A stretch of 64,000 nucleotides of DNA from assembly GCA_945901855.1 (NCBI GenBank), contig CAMDLT010000020.1, positions 2,066-66,065 of the forward strand, given 5' to 3'. Source of the DNA: Asaia bogorensis. Lineage in GTDB: Bacteria; Pseudomonadota; Alphaproteobacteria; CACIAM-22H2. Positions 11,185 to 19,163 of the stretch are shown here, in pieces. The notes under the pieces were generated by a model. It was not told the origin of the DNA. It searched no databases and was given only the letters and a program-made list of their open reading frames with translations. The translations under genes were made by a program, and so were the position numbers. The first letter of the stretch is position 1. Every line of letters begins with the position of its first letter.

Positions 11185-12356
11185 ACGTAGCCCGTGCTGC
11201 CGTCGGGTTTGGTCGGTACCTTGCGCTCCCAGTGGACATATCCGTCGCTCTTCAGCACATCTTCGTCGATTTCGACGCCCCAGCCCGGCCGCGCGGGCCG
11301 CAATTCCAGGTGACCGTCTTTGGGCAGATACGGATCGCGAACATAGGGCGCGCCCGCGGAAGGATCGGCGACTTTGTCGTAGTTCGAGCCATGCGGCAGG
11401 CGGTATTCCAGAATTTTGAAATTCGGCAAAGCCGCGCAGAAATGCAGGTTGACCGCAGTGGCAAGCGGACCCATCGGATTGTGGGGGGCTACCGTCACGT
11501 AGTGCGCTTCGGCCAGGGCTGCGATCTTGCGCATCTCCGACAAGCCGCCGACCACGCAGATATCGGGCTGCACGATGTCGGCGCCGCGCACCTGCAGCAG
11601 GCGCAGAAACTCGAAGCGATTATAGAGGCATTCGCCCGTGGCAAGCGGGCAATCGAGCCGCGCTTTCAGAGCACCCCATGCGTCGATGTTTTCCGGCCGG
11701 ATCGGTTCCTCGAAAAACAGCGGATCGTAGGGAGCGAGCGCGTTGCCAAGCTGCACGGCCTGGATCGGTTCGAAGATTTTGGCGTGCGCGTCGAACGCTA
11801 TTTCGTAGTCGGCGCGAACGGTCTCGCGCAGTTTCGAGAAATAAGCCGCGCTTTCGCGCACGACATCGCCCCAGCGCTGGCGGTGAATGTCGCCGCGATA
11901 GGGGCTGAGCTTGAATGCGGTGAGCCCCCAATCGCCGGCAAGCTGGTCGAACGTGTCGCGCGCGATCAGCGGGTCCGGGGCGGTATAGACCCCCGCATAG
12001 ACGCGTACGCGGTCGCGGACATGGCCGCCCAGCAGCTGGTAGACGGGCACACCCAGCGCCTTGGCCGAAACATCCCACAAGCAATGATCGATCGCCGAAA
12101 TCGCCGCCAGGCCCAAGGCGCCGGGCGGAAACCGGCTCTGTTGCAACAAATAGAGGTTCAGATACTCGATACGTCGCGGGTCTTGGCCCGCCAAAAAGAG
12201 CGCCAGATACTCAAGCAGCGGGATCAAGGCGCGATCGGGGCCGTGATTGTAGCACTCCCCCCATCCGGTGATGCCCTCGTCGGTGTCGATCGCAACCAGT
12301 ACGCGCGGCCGATCCTTGTCGCGTGTCATGAAGGCCCTGAGGCGTTGAATTTTCAT
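11181..12356 (-). CDS. Enolase-superfamily sugar-acid dehydratase, DgoD/ManD family, second paralog.
   Basis: 391 aa from MKIQRLRAF. AIDTDEGITGWGECYN, CLWDVSAKALGVPVYQLLGG, IVQPDICVVGGLSE. It is convergent with the preceding two genes. It is the 3' part of 821-aa shadow ORF 11181..13646. Confidence 0.8.
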   Translation of the reverse strand: MKIQRLRAFMTRDKDRPRVLVAIDTDEGITGWGECYNHGPDRALIPLLEYLALFLAGQDPRRIEYLNLYLLQQSRFPPGALGLAAISAIDHCLWDVSAKALGVPVYQLLGGHVRDRVRVYAGVYTAPDPLIARDTFDQLAGDWGLTAFKLSPYRGDIHRQRWGDVVRESAAYFSKLRETVRADYEIAFDAHAKIFEPIQAVQLGNALAPYDPLFFEEPIRPENIDAWGALKARLDCPLATGECLYNRFEFLRLLQVRGADIVQPDICVVGGLSEMRKIAALAEAHYVTVAPHNPMGPLATAVNLHFCAALPNFKILEYRLPHGSNYDKVADPSAGAPYVRDPYLPKDGHLELRPARPGWGVEIDEDVLKSDGYVHWERKVPTKPDGSTGYV

Positions 12357-12431
12357 AAATCGATTTTGCACCGCGCGCGGGCGGAAGGCAACTTCCCGCG
12401 CGCACAGGAACGGGATAATCTTTCTGCAGTC

Positions 12432-13796
12432 ATGCCGTTCTCGCCGCTCGATTCCCAGATCTTTGGCCCGCTTTTTGTGCCCGATGCGATGGTTGCCGTT
12501 TTCGGCGACGACGCTTTGCTGGCAGCGATGCTGCGCGCCGAAGCCGCGCTGGCAAAATGCCAGGCGCGTTTGGGACTTGTCCCGCCAAGTTTGGCAACCG
12601 CGATCGAGGCAATCGCGCCCGCCGCCTTTGACAAGGCGGCGCTGGGGGCCGCGACGGCGCTGGCGGGTGTGCCGACAATCCCCTTCGTGAAGGCGCTGCA
12701 AAAACTGCTGCCTGCCGACCTCGAACCCCATCTTCATCTTGGCGCAACTTCGCAGGACATTCTCGATACCGGCCTTGCGCTGCAGATGACGGTTGCGTTC
12801 GATCTGCTGGCGGCCGATCTGGCGGATTTGCTTGCGGCACTCGTGCGCCGCGCGCGCCGCCATGCGGATATGCCGTGCATCGCGCGCACCTACGGCCAAC
12901 ACGCCGCGCCGATCTCGTTCGGCTTCAAGGTTGCCGTGTGGCTCGACGGCATTTGCGATGCAGCCGCCGAGCTTGCGCATCGCCGCGAGATCACGTGCCG
13001 AGCTCAGCTCGGCGGGCCGGTCGGCACGCTTGCGGCTTTTGGCGACAAAGGTCCTGCGCTGTTGGCCGACTTCGCGGCCGAGCTTGGACTTGGCGTGCCG
13101 ACGATCGCGTGGCACGCCAGCCGCGTCAATTTGGTCGGGACCGCCCAGTGGCTTGCAGTTCTCGCGGGCACATGCGCCAAAATGGCGGGCGATGTCGTGG
13201 CGCTCGCCTCGAGCGAGGTCGGCGAGGCAAGTGAACCGCATGTGCCTGGGCGTGGCGGATCGTCGGCGATGCCGCACAAGCGCAACCCGATCGCTGCCGT
13301 TGCTATTTTGGCGAATGCGCAGGCGGCCGCTGGACTGGCTGCGGGATTGAGCGGCAGCTTGGTCGCGGCGCACGAGCGTCCGGCAGGCGCGTGGCATGCT
13401 GAGTGGCATGCGATCGCATCGCTTTTCGGGTGCGCTGCGGGTGCGCTTGCGCATGCGCGCGCGCTGGCCGAAGGGCTTGCCATCGATCCAGCAGCGATGG
13501 CCCGCAATGTGGATCTGACGCGCGGGCTCGTTTATGCCGACGCGGCAGCCGCGGCGCTGGCGCCGACGCTCGGTCGCAGCGCCGCACATGCTTGCGTCGA
13601 AGCAGCGGCAGACAGCGTTCGGCGGACGGGCACGACGCTGCAGCACGCATTGGCAGCCTCCCAGACGGTGCTTTCGTCCGCGGAACTTGCCGCGATTTTC
13701 GATCCGTCGGCAGCGGTAGCTGCTGCTGCCCGTTGGGTCGAGCCAGTCGCACGACGCGCTGATGCGCTTGCAGCCCGGCTGTGCGTGCGGGCATAG
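12432..13796 (+). CDS. pcaB: 3-carboxy-cis,cis-muconate cycloisomerase (fumarate-lyase class I family).
   Basis: 454 aa from MPFSPLDSQIFGPLF. HLGATSQDILDT and the lyase-I signature GSSAMPHKRNP. It is the 3' part of shadow ORF 10524..13796. Confidence 0.8.
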   Translation: MPFSPLDSQIFGPLFVPDAMVAVFGDDALLAAMLRAEAALAKCQARLGLVPPSLATAIEAIAPAAFDKAALGAATALAGVPTIPFVKALQKLLPADLEPHLHLGATSQDILDTGLALQMTVAFDLLAADLADLLAALVRRARRHADMPCIARTYGQHAAPISFGFKVAVWLDGICDAAAELAHRREITCRAQLGGPVGTLAAFGDKGPALLADFAAELGLGVPTIAWHASRVNLVGTAQWLAVLAGTCAKMAGDVVALASSEVGEASEPHVPGRGGSSAMPHKRNPIAAVAILANAQAAAGLAAGLSGSLVAAHERPAGAWHAEWHAIASLFGCAAGALAHARALAEGLAIDPAAMARNVDLTRGLVYADAAAAALAPTLGRSAAHACVEAAADSVRRTGTTLQHALAASQTVLSSAELAAIFDPSAAVAAAARWVEPVARRADALAARLCVRA

Positions 13797-13804
13797 TGCA
13801 AGCC

Positions 13805-14959
13805 ATGCCGATCTTGAAAATCGTCGCGCGTGAAATGTTTTACGACCTGACAGGTCCCGCTCAAGCGCCTGTCATTTTGTTTTCCAACTCTTTGGGCGCT
13901 ACCGTCGAAATGTGGGATGGGGTGGTTCGCCTCCTGGCGCCATTTTATCGCTGCCTGCGTTACGACACGCGCGGTCACGGGCGCTCGCCTGTGCAGCCGG
14001 GGGCTGCGACCATCGCCGATCTTGCCGACGATGTCATAGAACTGCTGGATGCGCTTGGAATCGACCGGGCGCATGTCGTCGGGCTGTCGATGGGCGGCAT
14101 GATCGCGCAATCGCTTGCCGGGCGTTATCCTGCGCGCGTCGATCATGTAGCGTTGCTGGCGACTGCGCCTTCGTTGCCGCCACCGGAGAATTGGTTCGCC
14201 CGCGCGCAGACGGTACGGGCGCAGGGTATTGGCGCCATTGTCGACGCCACGATGCTGCGCTGGTTTTCGCCAGATGCGGACCCGGCACTTGTTGCGATAT
14301 CGGCCGCACAATTCTCAAAAATCGACGGCGAGGGGTACGCGATCGCTTGCGAGGCGATTGCGCGCCTCGATCTGCATGCCAATTTGCCGGCCATCAAGGC
14401 GCCGACGCTTGTTGTGGCAGCGTCGTCCGATCCCGTCACGACCGTCGCGATGGGCCGGGAGATGGCAGCTTCGATTTCCAGTGCACGATTTGCCGAAATC
14501 GACAATGCCGCGCATCTTTTTGCGATCGAGCGGCCAGACGAGACGGCTGCAGTATTGCGCGAATTTCTGCCCGCCGCATCGCGCGCGGAAGATTCCGATT
14601 ACGCCGAAGGCCTTGCCAATCGCAAGGCCGTGCTGGGCGTCGATCACGTGCAACGCTCGCTCCAAAAAGCGGGCGCATTTGGCCAGCCCTGGCAGGAATT
14701 CATCACGCGTCTTGCATGGGGCGAAACTTGGGGCGATGCGACGTTACCGTTCAAAACGCGCTCGCTCGTCACGCTGGCGATGATGATCGCGCTCGGCCGC
14801 GAGGCCGAGTTCAAGCTGCATCTGCGCCCGGCGCTCAAAAATGGCGTAACGCCTGCGGAATTGCGCGCCTTGATGATGCATGCGGCCGTCTATGCGGGCG
14901 TGCCGGCCGTCAACGGTGCGTTTGCGGCCGTGCGCGAAGAATTGGGCGATCTCGTATGA
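13805..14959 (+). CDS. pcaL: Fused 3-oxoadipate enol-lactonase / 4-carboxymuconolactone decarboxylase (PcaL-type PcaD-PcaC fusion).
   Basis: The N-terminal alpha/beta hydrolase domain has GLSMGG. The C-terminal CMD domain (...ANRKAVLGVDHV...TRLAWGETWGD...MMHAAVYAGVPAV) is PcaC-like. The stop overlaps the pobA start. Confidence 0.8.
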   Translation: MPILKIVAREMFYDLTGPAQAPVILFSNSLGATVEMWDGVVRLLAPFYRCLRYDTRGHGRSPVQPGAATIADLADDVIELLDALGIDRAHVVGLSMGGMIAQSLAGRYPARVDHVALLATAPSLPPPENWFARAQTVRAQGIGAIVDATMLRWFSPDADPALVAISAAQFSKIDGEGYAIACEAIARLDLHANLPAIKAPTLVVAASSDPVTTVAMGREMAASISSARFAEIDNAAHLFAIERPDETAAVLREFLPAASRAEDSDYAEGLANRKAVLGVDHVQRSLQKAGAFGQPWQEFITRLAWGETWGDATLPFKTRSLVTLAMMIALGREAEFKLHLRPALKNGVTPAELRALMMHAAVYAGVPAVNGAFAAVREELGDLV

Positions 14960-16143
14960 GCGTCCAACGCACCCAGGTCGGCATTGTCGGTGCCGGGCCT
15001 GCCGGCTTGCTGCTGTCGCATCTGCTGCATTTGAACGGGATCGCTTCGGTCGTGCTCGAAGACCGGTCGCGTAAATATGCCGAAGAACGCATCCGCGCGG
15101 GCGTGATCGAACAGGGTGTTGCCGATCTACTGGTCGATGCGGGCATCGGTGCGCGCCTGCAGCGCGAGGGGCTGCGCCATACTGGCGTCAAACTTCACTT
15201 CAAGGGTGCAAGCCACCGCATCGATCTGGCCGATCTGACGGGCGGCAAGGCGGTTACGGTCTATGGCCAGCACGAAGTCGTCAAAGACCTGATTGCGGCG
15301 CGCCTCGCAGTCGGCGGCGAAATCCGCTTCGAGGCCAAGGTGACGGCCGTGCGGGAATTTAAAACCGACGCGCCGCAGATCGACTATGTCGAAAACGGTA
15401 CCGCCCAAACGCTGCTTTGCGACTATGTCGCGGGCTGCGACGGTTTTCATGGGCTGTGCCGTCCGGCCGTGCCTGCGGGCGAGTTGCAATTCTTCGATCG
15501 GCAATATCCGTTCGGATGGCTGGGGATTCTGGCCAAAGTGCGGCCTGCGTCCGAGGAACTGGTTTATGCCCGCCACGAAGACGGCTTTGCGCTGCTCTCG
15601 ATGCGATCGAGCGAGATCAGTCGGCTCTATCTGCAGTGCGAACCCGACGACGAAATTGCCAACTGGCCCGAAGCGCGTATCTGGAGCGAGTTGCACCGGC
15701 GCTTGGGAAATGCGGGCGAGCACGCATTGGCGGAGGGGCCGACGCTGCAAAAAGGCATTACGGCGATGCGAAGCTTCGTGACCGAACCGATGCAAAGCGG
15801 GCGTCTGTTCCTGGCCGGCGATGCGGCCCATATCGTGCCGCCGACCGGTGCCAAAGGCATGAATCTGGCGATTTCCGACGTGCGCTTGTTGGCACGCGCG
15901 ATCGAAACGCATGCCAAACGGGGCGATGCGCAACGCCTCGAAGCCTATTCGCAGACGGCGTTGCGGCGTATCTGGAAAGCGCAGCGTTTTTCGTGGTGGA
16001 TGACGTCGCTCTTGCACAAATTCGGCGACGAGACCCCGTTCGACGAACGCCGTCAGTTTGCCGATCTCGACTATCTGGTGGCATCGAAAGCAGCTTTGAC
16101 CAGTTTGGCTGAAAATTATGTCGGTTTGCCTTTCGACGATTGA
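14956..16143 (+). CDS. pobA: 4-hydroxybenzoate 3-monooxygenase, FAD-dependent.
   Basis: 395 aa from MSVQRTQVGIVGAGPAGLLL. CDGFHG and the GDAAHIVPPTGAKGMNLA motif. The length is as expected for PobA. It is the 3' part of shadow ORF 13912..16143. Confidence 0.85.
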   Translation: MSVQRTQVGIVGAGPAGLLLSHLLHLNGIASVVLEDRSRKYAEERIRAGVIEQGVADLLVDAGIGARLQREGLRHTGVKLHFKGASHRIDLADLTGGKAVTVYGQHEVVKDLIAARLAVGGEIRFEAKVTAVREFKTDAPQIDYVENGTAQTLLCDYVAGCDGFHGLCRPAVPAGELQFFDRQYPFGWLGILAKVRPASEELVYARHEDGFALLSMRSSEISRLYLQCEPDDEIANWPEARIWSELHRRLGNAGEHALAEGPTLQKGITAMRSFVTEPMQSGRLFLAGDAAHIVPPTGAKGMNLAISDVRLLARAIETHAKRGDAQRLEAYSQTALRRIWKAQRFSWWMTSLLHKFGDETPFDERRQFADLDYLVASKAALTSLAENYVGLPFDD

Positions 16144-16996
16144 GCGTCTGCTAGTAGGGGCGGCCATGTGCATGCTTGCGGCGGGGGCGCACGCAAGCGA
16201 GATCACGGTCGATGTCCAATACGAAAGCGCGGCGCTCAAGCGCACGGCACAGTATTCGGTGGTACGGCCGGACAGCTCGAGCGACCCGCTGCCGGTCGTC
16301 TATCTTCTGCACGGACGCGACAGTTCCGCTGCCGAGTGGCTGCGATTGGGCAATGTTGCCGCCACGTTGGACCGGCTGATTGCCGAGCGCCGCATTCCCC
16401 CGCTGATGGTGGTGCTGCCCGATGCGGGCAATGGTTGGTATGTCGACGGCCCTGCGATGGCGATGGAGACGGCCGTTGTGCGCGATCTGGTCGCCGACGT
16501 CGAGCATCGCTACCGTGTGCGAGCGGACCGCGCTGGACGCGCGATCGCTGGCAATTCGATGGGCGGGTTCGGGGCCGTGCGCATCGCCCTTGGTTATCCC
16601 GAGCGCTATGCGGCTGCCGCATCGATGAGCGGCGCCTTCTGGATCCGAATCACGCGCGAAATGGCGATCGACGAGGCGATGGCGGGGCGCTTGACGCGCG
16701 TGTTTTCGGAATCGTTCGGCCAGCCCTTCGATCCGAACTTCTTCGTGTCGCAGTCGCCCGAAGAAATGGCACGAAAGAAGCCGCCGGACGCGCCGCATCC
16801 CGCGCTTTACCTGACCGCGAGCCGCGGCGACCGATTTCGTCTCAACGAAGAGCAGGATACGATGGCGGCCTTGCTGCGCAACCACGGGATCAAGGTTGCC
16901 ACCGAGACAACCGAAGGCGACCACGACTGGGGCACCTGGGCGGCGGCGCTGCCAGACGTGCTTGCATTTTTGGGGCGCAGCTTGGCGTCCAAATAG
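16118..16996 (+). CDS. Secreted esterase-family alpha/beta hydrolase (putative esterase/esterase-D-like).
   Basis: Signal-peptide-like N-terminus (...LLVGAAMCMLAAGAHA). LHGRDSSAAEW...PDAGNGWYV...GNSMGGFGA is the esterase-family pattern. The true start is possibly 16166. Confidence 0.6.
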   Translation: MSVCLSTIERLLVGAAMCMLAAGAHASEITVDVQYESAALKRTAQYSVVRPDSSSDPLPVVYLLHGRDSSAAEWLRLGNVAATLDRLIAERRIPPLMVVLPDAGNGWYVDGPAMAMETAVVRDLVADVEHRYRVRADRAGRAIAGNSMGGFGAVRIALGYPERYAAAASMSGAFWIRITREMAIDEAMAGRLTRVFSESFGQPFDPNFFVSQSPEEMARKKPPDAPHPALYLTASRGDRFRLNEEQDTMAALLRNHGIKVATETTEGDHDWGTWAAALPDVLAFLGRSLASK

Positions 16997-17006
16997 CCCA
17001 ATCGGC

Positions 17007-17759
17007 TCAGTAAGTGCTGCGTCCGCCGGTGATGTCGAATACGCCCCCGGTCGTGAACGAGCAGTCGGCCGAGGCGAGCCACGCGACGAGGGCCGCGATC
17101 TCGTCGATTTTAACGAAGCGGCCCATCGGTATTTTGCCGAGCATGAAGGCGACGTGGGCCTCGCTCATTTGCTTCAGAATGTCGGTGTCGGCAACGGCAG
17201 GCGTCACGCAATTGACCAGCACGTTCGATTTTGCGAGCTCCTTGCCCAACGACTTGGTCAGCGCAATCAGACCCGCTTTGGCAGCCGAATAGGCGGGCGC
17301 GTTGGGGTTACCCTCTTTGCCAGCCACGGACGCGACATTGACGATGCGCCCGTAGCCGCCTTTGAGCATCGTGGGCACGACGGCGCGGCTGCACAAAAAC
17401 GGTCCGTTGAGATCGACATCGATAACGCGCTTCCAGTCCGCAACCGGGTACTCCCACGTCGTCGCATTGGGCCCGGTGATGCCCGCGTTGTTGACCAAAA
17501 TATCGATGCCGCCCATCGTCCCCAGCGTTGCCGAAACGCCGGTCGCGACATTGTTTTCGTCGGTCACATCGACGGCGACGCCGTGGACGCGCTTGCCCGC
17601 TGCAAGGCGTTTGGTGGCCGCATCGATCGCGCCTGGATCGCGGTCCCAGAGGGAGACTTCGGCGCCCGAGGCCAAAAATCGTTCGGCGACGGCAAGACCG
17701 ATGCCGCGTGCCGCGCCCGTAATGACGGCACGTTTTCCCTCAAGATCGATCTTGTTCAT
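17007..17759 (-). CDS. Short-chain dehydrogenase/reductase (SDR).
   Basis: 250 aa from MNKIDLEGKRAVITGAARGIGLA (the TGxxxGIG NAD(P)-binding motif). NNAG, and the catalytic S...YxxxK (YSAAK). Confidence 0.8.
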   Translation of the reverse strand: MNKIDLEGKRAVITGAARGIGLAVAERFLASGAEVSLWDRDPGAIDAATKRLAAGKRVHGVAVDVTDENNVATGVSATLGTMGGIDILVNNAGITGPNATTWEYPVADWKRVIDVDLNGPFLCSRAVVPTMLKGGYGRIVNVASVAGKEGNPNAPAYSAAKAGLIALTKSLGKELAKSNVLVNCVTPAVADTDILKQMSEAHVAFMLGKIPMGRFVKIDEIAALVAWLASADCSFTTGGVFDITGGRSTY

Positions 17760-18040
17760 GGCCCGCCCCTCCCGCTTGTTATATGTGGTGCCCCACTGAA
17801 GCAGGCGAGGGCATTGGCGCCAAGCGAAAAAGCACAACGATCTGTTTTGGCGGCTTGGATATCGGTTGCTAGGATCCGCGGGCTTGCCCCCGCGAAGGCG
17901 GGTGGTCGACGGTCGAGAAGAGCTTGTAAGGACCCTTGAGGTTCGGCACGTGCAGTTTGAAGCAGGGTTCGTGCGTTGTCGCTAAAGTGCGTTACGGCGC
18001 CGCCCAGCGCGATGGTATGCGGCGATTGAGGTGTGGGGCT

Positions 18041-19030
18041 CTATGTGTCCTTCGCAAAGTCCTTGCAGCCGGGATCAAAGTCATTCGCCTTATGCGGCCA
18101 GATCCGGTCGCTAGGTTTGTGTTTCTGCGGTGGGCGGTCGAGACCGTCGAAAAAAACCAAACCTGTCTGCGCCTCGATCCAGGCAACGCTTTCCAGGAAC
18201 CGCTCGGGGTTCTGCGCGCGTTTGGGATCGAGATAGCTATTGTCTTTTTGCGGAAATACAAAGGCGAGCGCTTGGTGGCTATTGCCGTCGTACCGCACGA
18301 CGACCTTGAACAGATAGTCGGGGATGGCGACAAGTGGCTGGCGCGCGCGTCCTTCGGCGGCGGTGCCGTTGTCCGCCCGATCGATCGGCGCAGCAAGTCG
18401 TTCGCGTGGAGCCCGGTTCGAAAAAATTGGTCCTGCGATCACCCAGAGATCGCCCGACTGGTTGGCCCAAGCTCCCGTCCGGCACTCGAGATCGAGCCAG
18501 CCGATACGATTGAACCGGCGACGTTGCGGAACCGCATTCACCGTATTATGCGTGAATTCGGCCGGTTCGGCGCCGGTCCGTTCGATTAGATTCTTGGCCG
18601 CCAGATGGCCGCGTTCGTACCAATCCGCGCGCGCGTGCGCGGCTTCGTCCTTGTCGGTGCGATAGCTGCCATGCGTCGCTGCCAAGCCCTCGCGGTAGAG
18701 CGTTTCGACGGTGTACCAATTGCGCGGGCGCTGATTGCCCAGGACGTGGTTCTCGTTCGAGGCGACGATACGGTGGGCAACAAAGGTTGGGATACGCCAC
18801 GGCTCTCCCGCAGGCGGCGCGCTTTTGAGGCTGACGACAAACGAGTCAAAACAGATTTGGATGTCGTAGGGCGCCACAAGTTTTGGATTATGGCTTTCGG
18901 GGTCCGCTGTATTGCAGTCACGCACGCCCGCTTTTTGATCGGCTTCGGCTGGTTTGAACACCCGCGTCTGGGCTTGGCCAGCCGACACCGCCCAGAAAAG
19001 AACCAGGGCTAAGCATAATTTCGAAACCAT
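18041..19030 (-). CDS. Secreted DNA/RNA non-specific endonuclease (Serratia NucA/EndoG-like His-Me finger family).
   Basis: Signal peptide MVSKLCLALVLFWAVSAGQA. Catalytic YERGHLAAKNL (a DRGH-like motif) with a downstream N residue. 329 aa. Confidence 0.7.
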   Translation of the reverse strand: MVSKLCLALVLFWAVSAGQAQTRVFKPAEADQKAGVRDCNTADPESHNPKLVAPYDIQICFDSFVVSLKSAPPAGEPWRIPTFVAHRIVASNENHVLGNQRPRNWYTVETLYREGLAATHGSYRTDKDEAAHARADWYERGHLAAKNLIERTGAEPAEFTHNTVNAVPQRRRFNRIGWLDLECRTGAWANQSGDLWVIAGPIFSNRAPRERLAAPIDRADNGTAAEGRARQPLVAIPDYLFKVVVRYDGNSHQALAFVFPQKDNSYLDPKRAQNPERFLESVAWIEAQTGLVFFDGLDRPPQKHKPSDRIWPHKANDFDPGCKDFAKDT

Positions 19031-19093
19031 AAATAAATAAAAACATACTTTTTTTAGATAGTCAAATTACGCGATTTATTATATCATTTTTCA

Positions 19094-19129
19094 ATAAAAA
19101 AGGGCACGACGCTCGCTGCGACCGTGCCC
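19094..19129 (-). terminator. Rho-independent terminator downstream of fccB (minus strand).
   Basis: Plus-strand GGGCACG...CGTGCCC forms a 7-bp GC stem (19102-19108 and 19123-19129). It is preceded on the plus strand by AAAAAA, which is a T-run after the hairpin on the minus strand. It lies about 35 nt beyond the fccB stop. Confidence 0.5.
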
Positions 19130-19163
19130 TTTATCTCGGGATAATCGGGATCTGAGGGTTGGG

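Noticed and set aside
10524-13796. 1090-aa track ORF and its antisense partner 11181..13646 (821 aa)
   Set aside because: These are mutual shadows in a high-GC region. The real genes are the 391-aa dehydratase (11181..12356, minus) and pcaB (12432..13796, plus). The remaining parts translate to Arg/Ala/Gly-rich low-complexity sequence.
13912-16143. 743-aa track ORF
   Set aside because: Only the C-terminal 395 aa (pobA from 14956) are real. The N-terminal part is an alternative frame across pcaL.
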